A stretch of 56,678 bases of DNA, filler included, from Bipalium vagum (GCA_037834085.1; 3 parts of 3 records of this genome joined end to end with filler, not necessarily neighbours in it); one strand, 5' to 3'; numbered from the whole stretch's first letter, positions 12,353-26,659 are shown. The notes: generated from the sequence alone by a model not told the origin. Program-made: numbers and translations.

Positions 12353-15030
12353 GTAATGAGTTTAATATAATTAATTTTAAAACCATAAGATCTAATTTTT
12401 AGATATTAATTTATCCTGGGACTCATTAAAAACAAGTTTTACTATTTTAAAAAATCTGTAATATAAATACTTTATTAAAAAATTATTAAAAAAATTATTT
12501 TATTCATTATATTACTTATGAAAACATGATAATCAATAATTTAAAAATTTTATGAAAATTATAGTTTATTTATATAATGAATTACTGTCATAAAATGAGA
12601 TTTTATTTAGAATTGTGAAATTATAATGTAAATTATTAAAATTATAAAAATATAAATTTTTAAAATAATATAATATATACATAATTTTAATAATATAAAT
12701 ACGTTAAATAAATTAAAAAAATATTATAATAAATATTTTAAATTTTAGCAAATTTTTTTACCTTTCATTCTAAATATTTTACTGTATTAATAAAGAATTT
12801 TAATAAAATCTTTATTTACATAATTATATTTTTAAATGAAATTAGAAATATAAATAAAAAAAAGGAAAAACTGAAAATATAACTTTTTGGAGTATTTATA
12901 CTTTGAGAATTAATAAAAAGTCTTCTTGCTTTTATTTCGTTTTTAACTATCTTATAAAATACGATATTACTTATGACTCACCCTAATAATAAAAAATATG
13001 AATTTGAAACACCTTGATATTAAATTTTAAAAATTTTAAAGAAGAATAAACTTCTATTGGGAGTTTGTTATGGGAATTTGAATTATTTAATAATAATAAT
13101 CATTATTATTAATATATATAAATTGATAATAATAATAAATAATTTAATATGAAATATCAATTTTTTATAATTTAAGAATTTATTTGGCAAATTTATTTTA
13201 AGTTTCTGAAATAAGGTTGAATTTTTATTAACTTTTTTTATTTTCTTTTTTTTAAATTGTGAAATTAGTATTATTATTATTATTTCTATCATTAAATACA
13301 TTTTAAAAACTCCTTTATAATAATAAAACATGTAAAATTGAACTTTTGTGTTCAGTATTATAATAATAATATATTTATTGTTTGAGAACCTTTACTGGTA
13401 AGTGAGAATTATTCCAATTACGCAAAAAGCTTGTATCTTCGATGTGATATCATTGAAATCTTTTAACAAAAAGAATGTAAAATTGATCATTAAATAAATG
13501 AAAAAAGTGACACTTTATAGACTTTGTTGAGTTTCTTAAGCTACATATTAAGAAATGACTACGAAGGGAAGTCCTTTGGACAAATTGCTCCAGAAAATAT
13601 ACTGGTGAAATTTTTTGTTTCATTAAGTTTCTGTCTTTTCTTGAAATATCCCGGCGGCTTTGAATGGGAAGTCTAAGTTTTTATGTCCACAACACTTAGA
13701 GACTTAATATTTTCTATCAGTATGTGTAGAAAAAGACTTGTGAGAGATTTAATATCGTAAACATTAATACAGTCTATTGATAGCCAAGTACTGTCAATAA
13801 TCTTGAAAAGAAAATTTAAGACCTCCAAAAATCATATTAAAAAATAAATAAAAACCTGGAACATTTATAATACGCGTGTCAAGATTGCCCTGAAAAAACG
13901 GCTTGGTTTCTGGTCACATCCCTTTCTTGTGTCATAATAAATCGAATATGTCCTCAGACGCCCTGACCAGATATATTAATAAATTGGCCACAAGTTTTAA
14001 TTAAATTATGGAGTAAAAATAATTTATATTTTAAAAAAATATAATTTTTATATTTTAAAAACAATTTTTTGTAATATTATAAAGTATGAAAAATAATCTT
14101 AAATAATAAGTGGTAAATTAAAAAGATTTTATTAATAATAAATAAAATTAAATATAATTTTATTTTATGTGCATTTAATATATAAATAATGCCAAAAATA
14201 TATTATTAATTTTATTGTAATATTTAATGAAAAGTGTTAATAAATTAAAAATTAATTATTAATTTTTTCTACTTTTTTTCAATATTAAATACTTCCGCTT
14301 CTTTAAAGATATATATCGTATGAAAAAGTTAGAGATGATCAGATCACACATTTATAATAAGTTCTCAATAATAATAAAATTCTATTAATTTTCATTCATA
14401 GAAAGAATGTAGATAATTTTATTTTTTTATTTATTGACAACAATTATTGATTATTGGCAATAAACAAAAAATTGTAAATTTATTGTCATGCAAAGATTCG
14501 TCTGTTCAATTGAAAAGTGATTAAATTACGACTTTACCAATTTACCTCATCAAAACGATAACTTACATTGGGATTAATTTGCCCATATCTACGCTCTCTT
14601 GATTAAGTTCACAATTGGGAAAAATTGATTACCTGGACAAATGTCCCAAATTTTTAGAAAGGTTTCGGAATAAAATATATATAGTTATTTCTTAGAGAGA
14701 CAAGGAGTATCAAAAATGTATTGAGGAAAGTCTTGCGGGAAGGATTTTGATCACTGTCTTTTTTTATAAAATTATTTTTTTTGATAATATTGGAGATCGA
14801 TTTTAATAATTTCTAAATTGGCAATTCTTAAAAAATACATTAGAGATATCAAAACCAAGTTTAACTATACTTTTGTAATAATAATGTTCTTTTTTCATTT
14901 TATTATTATCCATTAGAGATCACAAGATCCCTTTTAATGATTGAAAATATGATTTTCATAATATAAACAAAAAAAATATCATAATTATTATGTCTATAAA
15001 TAATATTATAAATAAAATTAATTTTTTAAT

Positions 15031-15195
15031 AGGATGGGGCTCCTGCTCATTTTATTTCTTGAATTTAGAATTTTTTTAACAGCACATTTCAGAGAAGGTG
15101 AACTTGAAAACCAGGGCCATTCTACTGAACTGCAAAAGATCACCAGATCTTTCTACAATTGATTTCTATCTCTGAAGATACCTAAGGAAAGATTA
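15031..15195 (+). mobile_element. IS630-Tc1-mariner transposase relic (DGAPAH / SPDL..DF.LWG type)
   Basis: DGAPAHF followed by SPDLSTIDFYL*RYL. Confidence 0.65.
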
Positions 15196-15759
15196 AAGAA
15201 AGAAATCAAAGAAGCTGAAACATGTGTCAGATGTAATCAAAGAAAATAATGTAATCAGCTAAAATATCGTCACAATTGTGTTAAAATATTTGAGAATTTC
15301 AATGGAAAGTACAACCGCATTCTCGATATTCTCCAATTAGTTACCATCTTCTTTTAACTCTAAGCAATTATTTCAAGCATGATATAGAAAAAGAAAAGAT
15401 TTTTAATTTGGAGTTGGAGCTTATAATTTGTCCGCTTTTAAAGATTCTCAATTCTATAAAAAGGATCTCCAAGCTATTGTTTCTTAGGAAAAAATTCTTT
15501 TATTATGAAGGAGATGATTTTAACCAATACAATTTTATTTAGTCATATTTCTTAATATTATTATTGGACTTGTAATATATGGATTTAAAAGGCACGAGCT
15601 TTCTTCATTAATTAATACTCGTAGATTTGTTTATGTAAAGCAAATTAAAGTTAAATTAGATTTAAATTTACTGGTAATTTGAGATTTAATCCTCATCAAG
15701 GTGTTTAGTAACATTTTTACTAATTATTAAGGAAAAAATAATAATTGAGAATTAGTGAA

Positions 15760-16045
15760 TAACTAAGACGAAAACCTTTCAAGAAGAGCAGTAGATGCTT
15801 ATAAGAATTTTCGAAAGAGAAATGAATCACAAAATCCATTCAGTAAAAATATTTGAACATTAAAACCACTTACGGTCGTAAAAAGTGGACTGGAAGAAAA
15901 AGGCTTAACTACAAATATTGATAGCCAGAATATTTTGAGCTCAGTAAGCGATTTTCGTACAATCTCTTAAGGTGAAATGAAAAGAGAGTTAACTATAGTA
16001 AATGTTTCACCGCAAACTATTCACAACCAGTTGCGTGAAGAATAA
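15760..16045 (+). mobile_element. Tc1-type transposase N-terminal HTH relic
   Basis: GRKKWT and NVSPQTIHNQLREE (cf. GRPRKT ... VS.RTIRRRL.E). Confidence 0.45.
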
Positions 16046-16419
16046 TTTTATTTATTTTTTCGAATAAAATAATCATTAATAAGCATCTCTTTTGCGATTC
16101 TAATAATTATTCCGTAAGATCCGTGATTCTTCTGCCTAGGATCCTTAAATTCTTATATTTTTTATAGATAAACAAAAGTCGTATAACACAATTATCGAAA
16201 AGTTATGATCGGGGTTGTTTACAAATATCTGTAATTTATTTATTTCCTATATGGTATGATCATGTAGAGACCAAGTTTACAAATCCATATGATGGGCTGT
16301 ATGGAAAAAAAAGCAAAAGAACACAATTTTGTTTCAGCAAACTGTCGACCACCGATTGATTTATCCCAGTAAATTTCCTGCGACCGTTTCTTATTTTACA
16401 ATTCTCTTTTATGTCAAAG

Positions 16420-17010
16420 GAAATTATCTGTTGTAATTGAAAAGGAGAAATCTACGGCTACAAGTCAGTGGCCACTGAACTATTTAATGAATTGATTGAA
16501 TATTTTAATCAACCGAACTTCTAATTCGAAATCAGATAAGTAAAACAGCTTTGTATTTGCAAAGCTTCCTGGGGCAATATAGTTTTAATCACCATATTCT
16601 TATTGCTCTGTGAGGAGTTCTCCTTGAAACGATGGTTTCCAGAATGGCAGCAGTTCTTTTACGGATCTGTGATGCTTGGATAAGGAATAATTGAATTTAA
16701 CAAATGTTAACAAAGGATAATTAAATAAAACGATCGTCAAATGTGAATGGAAAAATATTTCTCTTTACATTTTTATAAAAACATAATTGATATTATCTGA
16801 ACGTGTAAGTTTTTCCAATGTTTTCTGTAGCAGCTGATTTTTCCGAGAACATTTGAAAGAGAGGATCAGACACAATGAAAGTATTTTGCTGGAACAATTT
16901 TTTATTCCCAGGTCGCCGAGACTCCCATTATTAATTATAATCAATATTTGATTTAATAATAAAAGAAAGAATACCTGTGTGATATATACACAACCAATAG
17001 ACAATTACTG
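16420..17010 (-). mobile_element. Decayed RTE-like LINE reverse transcriptase relic
   Basis: IGCVYITQVFFLLLLNQIL (cf. QGC.LSP.LF.L..D.I), LQKTLEKL, and further downstream RKLCKYKAVLL (cf. TKL..YKA.V). Confidence 0.45.
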
Positions 17011-17559
17011 TAATATATAAAATTTAAATAATTAATATCTGAAAATGTTTTAATTTTTGTCTTTCGTTAGTTAGTCTCATCTTTTGAGATGAAAATATTT
17101 CCATTCGATTGTCCTGTTCTATTTGGATGTAAAATATAAATAATTTATAATTGTTCACATTCCACACTAATTAGTACTAATCAGCTTAATACTAACAGAA
17201 TGAATAAATTATACGAAAATTATCTTAAATACCTTTGGAATAAAAAAAACGATGGGAGATATTTTCAAGAGCTTATCATCGTTAAGATTACATGAAATGG
17301 TTGGTAGTACCAGCTTATCCCTGTTGTTAATGAAATAAGATCTTCTCTGGACATAACCTCATATCACTAATTGTGATAATTGATTTTCCTCATTAACAGC
17401 ATTCACATACATTAAGAAAAGAATCTTTATCAGGGTATTTTCATAGAAGGAACTAATCATTATTTTTATATTTAGAATCTTAATTAGGTTGTGTGTGGAA
17501 AATATGATTATTGTTCTCATTATTATTATTAGAGTTATTCAATTTTCAACAATGAAATA

Positions 17560-17900
17560 TATAATATCAGTATCACTCTATACATTTTGTTCACACAGAT
17601 CTTGTTTAATATTTACTACAATAAGTATTTCTCATAGTAGAAAACCATTGGTAAACGACTTCGCCAACTTGTGTTGGAAAAATAAATGTCTTCTTCATGT
17701 ATGACATGTTTGATTTATTCTCGATTTGTTGGCTTCGGTAAATCACTCAGTCATTGGTCTTATATTATACTTTTGATCAATACTTTTTATACAATTTTTA
17801 TTATGAAGTTCAAGAACATATTGTATAATTTCATTTTTACGTTTCAAAGATATTTCATTTCTTTGAGTCCGGATTCATATTTACATTATCTAAAATATCA
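17560..17900 (-). mobile_element. pogo/Tigger transposase N-terminal relic
   Basis: NEISLKRKNEIIQY and FPTQVGEVVYQWFSTMRN (CENP-B-type HTH, cf. LY.WF...R). Confidence 0.4.
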
Positions 17901-19779
17901 ACCTATTTTATTTCTTTTAATTTTAGGTAATATTCTGTCAATTTTCTTTATTAAAACAAATTGTATCTGAATTAAAAAATGATTTAATTTATATTTTTGT
18001 ATTATCTTTCCGGATTAGACCAACTATAGAAATAATAAACTCATATTGCTACTTAGGACTGCAGAAACAAGAATGATTAATTAGATTAGCTGAACTCCAT
18101 TATACTAAGAATTTGAAACTATAAAATGTTTAAGTAAAATGAGGTTCGCAGAAAATCCTCTTTTCAACTGAATTTTTCTTGATAAAATAAAAAAAGTTAT
18201 ATTCTTTATTTGGTTTTTAATTTGAAGTCAGAAAGATGATCTTGATTTTTGAGCAAATTCATTGATATATTTATTCGAACAACACATTTACATACATAAT
18301 AACAAACACTGTAAGGAGATATAATGAAAGAATGCTTATGAAATAATCTACAGATAAACGAAATCTGAAGATGTTGAAATATTTCGTAGTGATAAATGGT
18401 AAGTTATATTAAAACTGAATAAATGACTAAAAAAGTAAGTAAAAAGTAAAAAACGAGGAGATATTGAGATTAGAAATTGGAAAATGAAAGATAAACATTC
18501 AGAAAAATGAAACTAATATCAATATATCTAATAACTAAAATAAATAATTTTTTTCAGCTTTTCAGTTTAGTAACTTTGGAAAATAAAAAAACTAGAATTT
18601 TTTTAACATAAAAAGTCTAAATAATACTATTTGTATATTTCAATGAAAAACATAAACTTTGTAGCAATGATAAAGAACTGCATGGAACTTGTATTTTCTT
18701 TCTTTTATAATTCTTCATTGAGATTTCTTGGAATATTTTATTATATTTTAGTATAAATTTTTTTCAATATTAAATATTGAATTAAACCTGACTTCGAGAT
18801 ATTAGGCTGTGCAGTTAATAACAACAAATAAAATAATAAAGTGCATTTATATCACAGTGTACAACTACAATCGTAAGATAAAAATGATAACACTTTATCA
18901 AGTCATCAGAAAAGAGTCTAAATACAGTGATACTGATCACCAAATTGTCTAATTGAACATTCACACAAGCCGTCAAATAATCAAATGTTAATAAAACGCA
19001 ATAATCTAATCTAATGATTAAATGCTCATAAGCATGAATGAATATCAATTAATCAATAATTAAATGTTAAATTAATAAATAAAAGAAATAAAATGTTATC
19101 AATAGTTAAATAAAACATCAGATAAGGAAAGAAAGATACCTTACAAGACAACTATTCAGAATAAAAAAAGAACAATCAACTGAGCCCTTGTGGGTGCTCA
19201 GAAATAGCCATCTAATGGAAAACTCGAACACAATCACCATGAAAAATCCTTAGTATATCTGTAACAAAATTAATAATAAGATTCTGATGACGCTTTGATA
19301 ACTTTCATACTCCTTCTCTTTATATACTCTTGAAATCTTCATTATTTTTTAAGTTCTATATTGACAGATCATGCACCATCGACAGAAATAAATATTCAAC
19401 GGATCAATGTTTGTTATTAAGCAATATTTCTGAAACATCAATATAATTCAGTCTACTCTGGTCTTTTTGTCCTGAGTTCATAATTTAATCAAATTATTTG
19501 ATATTTATTGTGATTACCAGTAGCTATTTCTTTTTGTTTCTGAAGTTCAGAGCACAGAATACATTTTTATTTTTCATATTACGATAAAAGTTCATTTCTG
19601 CCGGATACCTTCGATTAACCAATTACCTTTACGCTTATCTTTAAGAACTTTCACAAATTTAATCAAGTTTGTAATTCCCTTTTTTTAAAAATTTATAAAA
19701 TGAAAATTATGAAAAATTAAGTATGAAAATTTTTTAAAATTTTTAATAAAAATATATTATTAATATTATAATCTGGTAA

Positions 19780-20317
19780 TAGCAGCAAAAACTATAGCTT
19801 ATAAAAATATTAAATGCGAGAAATCATGAGCATATCTAAAATTTTTAAAACACCAATTCAAAATAAGCTTGAATGCCAAGAAAGTTTTTTTTGCCTGGTG
19901 GGATATGAAGTGTTAAAAATCACACTATTAAGTATCGTCAAATAGAATGTAGTGACAAAAATATGCGAGATAGTTAATCGAAAGTCATTATTATAGTCAT
20001 CATTATAATATTGAAGGTATTTAAAAATTTCAGAATTCTGCTGGGATGTTTCAAATCACCTTGAACAATTTTCTGATATTAATCTTTCAGTTTAGATGTC
20101 AAAGAATTTTAGCTTTTGTAAAGTATTGAAAGTTTGTTAAAAACAGTACAGTCAACAGTACACACATTCAATTACCAATGGCTACATGAAACTGCACAAT
20201 CAACCGAAGCAGAATATCGAACATAATGAAGCATATATTGTTTAATAATTATTAAGTGTTCTTTACAAGATTTCTTTTAATTTTTTCCACAACTAAGGTT
20301 CTTTTCATCCAACCTAA
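19780..20317 (+). mobile_element. Mariner relic with right TIR
   Basis: KKVFFAWWDMK motif, ending in a ...cttttcatccaacctaa TIR followed by TA. Confidence 0.55.
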
Positions 20318-21931
20318 TATCATAACTTGGTTTTTCGTTGATATTAATTAATTGATTAAAATAAAAACTGTGATTATCCATATCAGACGGATTTCACAGT
20401 CTTGGAATTCTAAATAGTAATTCTTTTAATTAATCGAAATGTGTTGAAATTTTTTAATATTTTTAAAAAATGAAATTATCCCCAAACGGGTTCTTACTCT
20501 CTGTAGATTGATAAAAGAAATTCTTGTTATTGTTTATAAATGTTCAGTAAAACAGTTAGACTGAATTGATGATAAAATATTTCCCCTATTTGTATAAATG
20601 TATGATAGGCAGTGAATATTGTTTATCCTACAAGGCAAATTTGGTATTAATTTATAGATATTTTCCAGTAATTACGAGAAACCATTTGGAAGGAAATGGG
20701 AAGAGGAATGTGTTGACTAATTCCATATTTATTTAATTTTCTTTTTCAAATTGGCTAAATTAATTTTCACCCATGACTATATTCCAAATCGATTTGGTTT
20801 CTTATAGAGTTTCAGACCTCAGTTTGATTTAAAATTAGGAGGAAAAATCGATTTGGTTCAGGGGAGAATATTATTAAACTATTTGGTAAAGAGTTGCCAC
20901 AATTCGATTTTTCTTTTCGGAACACTTTGACTGTTTTATTATTTGTTTGTCAATGAGAAAAGTCTTTTATTTTTATGTTGTCCCTTTGATTATTTTCCAT
21001 TTATTTTCTGATAAATTACTTTACAAACCTCTGCCTCAATTGCCAATAATGTAAATGGAAATTTTTTTTTCAATAATAATTGTAAATATTTTGCATTTTC
21101 TTTTTACTAATTTTTAATATTATTAAGATTCGTTCAATAATTAATCATCTTATTCACATTATATTCAATTCTTCCCAAATTTATTATTTTTTTCACACAG
21201 AAATTTCTTTTTCGAAATCAATACTAAAAATTGTAGCCCACGACCACTCTAAATGTTAATGAATAATATTTATAAATAAATAAATAATATTTATCGGAAA
21301 TAATTTTTATCCGAGTTATATTCTTTAAAGTTTAGGACTTATTGTCGCCATTTTATAATATAAAAAATATTATTAGAAAATAAAGGATATTTTAAAATAT
21401 TTTTTAAATTAAAAAAAAACAAAATATTTTTTTACCATTTCAATCAATAATTTTTATACATTGGTTTCATTTTGTCCTATTAAAAAATTATCTATTAGCT
21501 CGTTTTTTATTTTTTTTCTTTAATTCAGTATTACAAGATCAAAAAGTTTTATATTGAAGAAAAAGATAATTCTGGTTTGATCGAACAACTGATTTTGTTA
21601 GCGGGAGAAATTTGCGAAGATAGAAAACTTTTCGTCAATGGGAACTTCTTCTGATGTATAACCTCTGTGAGACGACTGTATCACATTTAAACACCTTGAC
21701 ATTTGAGACACACATGAAACAGAGTCAATCAAAGGAATTAAAAAAGAACTTTCTGGGAAAAATGATTGAACATAAATATTATTGAAATAATAAAAAAGGA
21801 AGCTATTTTATATTCATTTCATTAAGGACACAAATATCTGTAAAATATGGATCCCATATTTGTTAAATGCTCTGTTAAAATTTGTTGTTACTTGACCTTT
21901 AATAATCTTTTTTTACTCAAAAATTGCAAAT

Positions 21932-21970
21932 TTTAGTTCTAGAGTTTAGTTCTAGAGTTTAGTTCTAGAA
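21932..21970. repeat. 13-bp tandem repeat (tttagttctagag) x3
   Basis: Direct reading of the sequence. Confidence 0.85.
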
Positions 21971-23141
21971 TCTAGATCTCCTTTCTATCTACCAAAATTG
22001 ATTACTTTCTTCAATTACTTCTTTTAGTTTCCCTATTCAGAGACAATATACACTAAGTTTCATGTGCTTGAAATGAATGAGAAGAAGTTCCAATCTCAAC
22101 ACACGTATTATATCCTTAAATTTGTGTTTATTTAAAAATTGTCAGCTGTTCCACTAGCGAAGACCATTACATTTGTTTGCCTGGACTATCATACTCACAT
22201 GGTTGACTTCTCACCAGGAGCTTCAAGAAATATAGAAAGTCGTCCTTTGTTGTCTTAGGATGCGTATTTTAAAATTAAAAAAAATACTCTCATTTCTGAG
22301 TCTCACAGAGTTTGCGAGGTATCTGTCATCTTAATTTGTTTATTTTCTTTAAATTTCGACATTTATTTTTCCATTAAAGCGCAATTCTTAATTCATTTCA
22401 TCAAAAATATAACACAGTTTTCACAAATGATGACCTGTCACAATTAAAATAAAAAAATATTCGAAAATCGAAACAGTTTCTGATATTTCCTCAAATCAAG
22501 AATATTAGGATAAATTTTGTTAATTAATTTACTTTGGAACTTGTTTTCCCATTGCACATAAATTCTTCATTCGGTGTTTTCAGCAAGTGTCACATAAAAA
22601 TGATATTTAAACATAAACAAACTTCATAAAATCGCCAAAAATTTTTTTTAATATTAATAATTTAAAACATTGATTGATTTTCTTATCAAAAAATGACATC
22701 ACTTTACCGATGACCGAAAGATTAGCTTAATTGGAGGATTTTAACCTAACATACGTTTTTTTCATAATTCTTTTTTGTTTAACTTTGAAAAGTATTTCAT
22801 TTTGTTACGAATGGGATTCATCAATTAATAATTTTATTAACTTTCATTATAATGTGTACCATAAAGCTGTCAACTAGTCAGATTGATTAATCTATGAAAT
22901 AGATACAATTAAAACGAGACACAATACGTTTTGAACATCTCAATGAAACCTCCCTCTCTCTTTTGTGCATGATTACGTCCATTTGCCAAATTTATTCAAT
23001 TTCAAATTGGGTTTTTGATTAGCTGTTCATAAATACTGAAAATCATGAAACAGGAAAAGATCTAAGTACATTAAAACGACTTAACATTTTCTCAAAAGAA
23101 AAAGTAGAAATTCTACAAATACTGAGATTAACATTTAAATA

Positions 23142-23277
23142 CAAAGAAACCTGTTAATTTGGGCACCTCTAAATTTTGTTAATAAAAATTAAATATTGAC
23201 TTTGGTTTTCATGAGCCGTCTACAATTTGGGCAAAATGTTCGGTCCCAGTGGTGCACAACATGAACAGGTTTCACTG
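23142..23277. mobile_element. 136-bp pogo/Tigger-type MITE
   Basis: TA-flanked imperfect TIRs (caaagaaacctgttaatttgggcacc / ggtgcacaacatgaacaggtttcactg). The internal cggtccca is the reverse complement of tgggaccg, also present in the Tigger at 27555. Confidence 0.75.
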
Positions 23278-23839
23278 TACTTAAAAAATAAACGACAAAA
23301 TAATTTTTGTTAATTATTATCCCTATCACCTTTCAAAAAGAAATTCTCAGTTTAAATTAATAAATTCTTATTCTTATATTTTTTAAGATGTAATTTTTAA
23401 AATACTTAAAATTGTTATCCCGAAAATTTGATTTATTTAAACAAATAGAATATATATAGGACAATCTTATCTAGTCTTGAATAACTAAATTAATTTTTAA
23501 AATATTTTTGCGATAATTTATTAATATAAATAAAGAACAATTTTTTATAAATTTTATTTTTGAATAAAATTTTCTTATTTAATATAAATTTCAAAATTTG
23601 TATCTTCATTAGTATCGGGGATAGAAAATATTTAAAAAATAAGTTAGTCTGAGTTTTGTGAATTTCTCTGCTTATAAGTTAGAATATTAAAGGAAATGAA
23701 GACTATAGTAATAATAATAAATGAATACACATATCTCAAAGTACCGAAGTCGTATAATTCATAAAGTAATATTTAGTAAATAGCTTTGCAAAATTAACAC
23801 ATGTGAAAGTAGGTATTACATTATTCTTATAATTAATTA

Positions 23840-23851
23840 TCATTATTTATT

Positions 23852-23919
<68 letters not shown>
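23840..23919. repeat. (ATT)n microsatellite at contig end
   Basis: Direct reading; runs into the gap. Confidence 0.95.
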
Positions 23920-24019
23920 NNNNNNNNNNNNNNNNNNNNNNNNNNNNNNNNNNNNNNNNNNNNTTAATTAATTAANNNNNNNNNNNNNNNNNNNNNNNNN
24001 NNNNNNNNNNNNNNNNNNN
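23920..24019. other. Assembly gap/spacer: 44N + TTAATTAATTAA + 44N
   Basis: Six-frame stop linker in a fixed 100-nt spacer, identical to 39747-39846. Confidence 0.97.
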
Positions 24020-24267
24020 GACCCCGAAGAATTTTATAGCAGACTAGTAACTGGTGATGAGACATGGATTTATCAATACGATCCGGAAAGTAAAATTCAG
24101 TCTAAGCAATGGTTACCCAAAGGATCAATTGGATCAATCAAATTCAAAGCTGAACGGTCAATGAAGAAGGTTATGGCCACTATTTTTTGGTATTCTGAGG
24201 ATATAATCCTGGTAGACTTTCTCGAGAATCAGAGGACAGTTACTGGTAGGTACTACGAAGAGGTTTC
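24020..24267 (+). mobile_element. Mariner (irritans/Hsmar2-like) transposase fragment
   Basis: Uninterrupted frame DPEEFYSRLVTGDETWIYQYDPESKIQSKQW...KKVMATIFW...LVDFL...TVTGRYY, truncated on the left by the gap. Confidence 0.9.
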
Positions 24268-24952
24268 GTACAAATAAATACAATATTTTTAATATTATTT
24301 ATTCCCAATAGATTTTTAATTTCTGAATTTGATTTTATTACCAAATTAATGGCCTTACATTTCGTTGCACTTGAAATTGTCAAAATAGAGGTGAAAACGG
24401 TGTATTAAATCTGGAGAAAGATAGAATAACTCCTTTTTAGAACGAGATAAACATAACTTAGTAATATTATTAATGCTATTAGTTCTGTTCTTTTTCTTGT
24501 TCATTACAGAAAATCCCTCAGAGGCACTTTTATCAAGATTTTCAATTTTCAGTTCAATCTATCTCACACATATTTTCTACTAATTATCGTTATCTTCCAA
24601 TGCTTTTTCAAAGCAGTTTTTCCTTTTACTAATCTTGTAATGATATTGCAGACATTATTATAATCTTTTTCTCTTTTCAAACCTTCAAACACTCATACTG
24701 TGAAGGAAACGGATTTCTACGCAAAAAATAAACAAATATTCACAGCTTATGCACAGAAGATGCTGTAATCAGTCGCACCTCCCAAAATCAATTGATCTAT
24801 TTGTGCTACTGTAGGGAAATTATTTTTTAAGGTAAAATATCTTTTTAAAAAAATATACTGACCTAAATAAATACTTCACATTTCATTATTGTTTTCTTTA
24901 GCAACAAAGAAGAAAAACATTAATTTTTATGATTATAAATTAACTTATTTAG

Positions 24953-26540
24953 GTGATTGGGCCTCGAGAAAATAACTTTTATAACAAATTTGGAAACCCA
25001 TTGATAGCCCAAGCTTTTGTAGATGGATTTGTTGAACAAAAATATGGATTATATAAAAACCGTTTGAGTTATTTTGTATTCAAAATGATGGCTTATTACT
25101 TAAGGAAATCGGCAGAAATCAATGAAAACTGCCTTGATTTATCAAATATTGAAAATTTTACAATAAGTAAGTCATCCCAATTAATCAAATTAAAACAGTT
25201 CTTAATAAATATAATTTATTATATAATTGATAATATCATTTAGACAATTCAAATTTTGATAAAAAGTATTGCCTTAATCTGATTCTTGACAAAGTATGTT
25301 ATGTTTATATCTCTTCATTGTTGGGATCACATTCCAATGCAATTAATTTGTATTACAAAGCGGACAATTTTTCACCAGGAAAATGCAAAGCCACACACTG
25401 CTCGGATAACTCAAGACAAATTTGAAAACCAGGAAGAAGTTGAGATCTTGTCTCGTTTTGCCTAGGGTTCTGATGCTGCACCATCTGATTAGGGGTTGTT
25501 TCGACCCATTCAACACTTCTTCAGAGAAGATAGTACTTTGATCAGATAAGAATACTAGGGAGAACTGTGGCGTAAAACCATTGAAACTGATGGACTTTAT
25601 TTTGAAGAGTAGTGTTATAACTAACCCATTATATGGAGCTGATAAATACATTAATATTTTACTGAATTATATTAGCTAAGTTCAGATAGTAGTAAAGGTA
25701 ACAGTGGCAGAAAATTCAGAATCGTGATATCATGATAAATGGAAAATAAAATGGAAAGCAAATTAAATGAAGCAGGATTCAAGCTATAATGAAGAAAGGA
25801 AATTGATATCATTTAAGGGATAGGTTGCGACCAATATGGTTGACTTATATCAATTTCATGTAAAACCATTCTGATGATACCTCTGAAAACAAATATGAGC
25901 ACATCCTGATCTTGTTAATTCCAAAACCAAGATCTATTCTGATGAGAAGCTCCACGGCTCTACACCATTATTCATTGGGATCGTGCCTCTTTAAATTTCG
26001 CCATTTTTATTTTAAGACTTACTGATCCATCAGTGTAGTATAACAAATTCTTAATTGCAAAATGTGATATAGTTTTTAAGTTATAAGTTATTTATTATAT
26101 AAATATTTTAACATGTATTTTCTGATTTAAAGATTTTTAAAAATTTCTTTATTAGACCTCCAATTCTTCTGGATTATCAATTAGAAAATGTATTTCTAAA
26201 ATAAAAACTAGGTTTCCAAAACAAACTTCATAATTTGTTAATTTTAGCCATCAATGACACAGAAATCTGTGTCAGAACAAATATTCAGCTGATTACCGAC
26301 TTTAACCCAATAGATTATATGGATTTTGAAAGATACAATTTCGACTTTGTTCAAAACCTTCCACACAGAATGAGGAGCGCTGTGGTTATGGAACAAAAAC
26401 TTTTACTATATGTTTCTGTTAACTACCATATGCAGACGACCGTATTAATTGCTGCTACGTTGCTTTGCGTTTTCAGTTTTCTTAGTTCTGTATTCATTTA
26501 TCGAAACATAAAGTTGATTATACCTGAAGAAATATATTAG
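24953..26540 (+). CDS. 3' exons of a single-pass membrane protein, divergent nicastrin-like (5' part not found)
   Basis: Phase-consistent GT-AG exons 24953-25166, 25244-25293, 26156-26189 and 26248-26540. LSYFVFKMMAYYLRKSAEINENCLD resembles nicastrin TTYVVQYALANLTG...EQCQD, and NDTEICVRT resembles CVRS. A C-terminal TM (TVLIAATLLCVFSFLSSVFIY) is followed by a short tail. Confidence 0.5.
25345..25660 (+). mobile_element. Mariner relic in an intron of the nicastrin-like gene
   Basis: FHQENAKPHTARITQDK...SDAAPSD*GLFRPIQHF. Confidence 0.8.
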
Positions 26541-26595
26541 TTAATATAACAAAGGCTTTTTCCATGAACCAGGTTAATAGATTCATAATAATCCT

Positions 26596-26615
26596 AATAA
26601 TAATAATAGTAGTTC

Positions 26616-26657
<42 letters not shown>
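26596..26657. repeat. (AAT)n microsatellite
   Basis: Direct reading of the sequence. Confidence 0.9.

Positions 26658-26659
<2 letters not shown>

Noticed and set aside
9405-13331. AT-rich ORFs such as 9405-9620 and 13083-13331 (also 43656-44006)
   Set aside because: Low-complexity F/I/L/K/N translations with no motifs or splice support.
21932-21970. Short direct repeats considered as CRISPR-like
   Set aside because: Contiguous tandem 13-mers without spacers, in a eukaryotic context with no cas genes.
23964-23975. TTAATTAATTAA palindrome inside N runs (also 39791-39802)
   Set aside because: Artificial six-frame stop linker in a fixed 100-nt spacer; not biological.
25343-25651. 102-aa minus-strand ORF
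   Set aside because: Antisense shadow of a + strand mariner relic.
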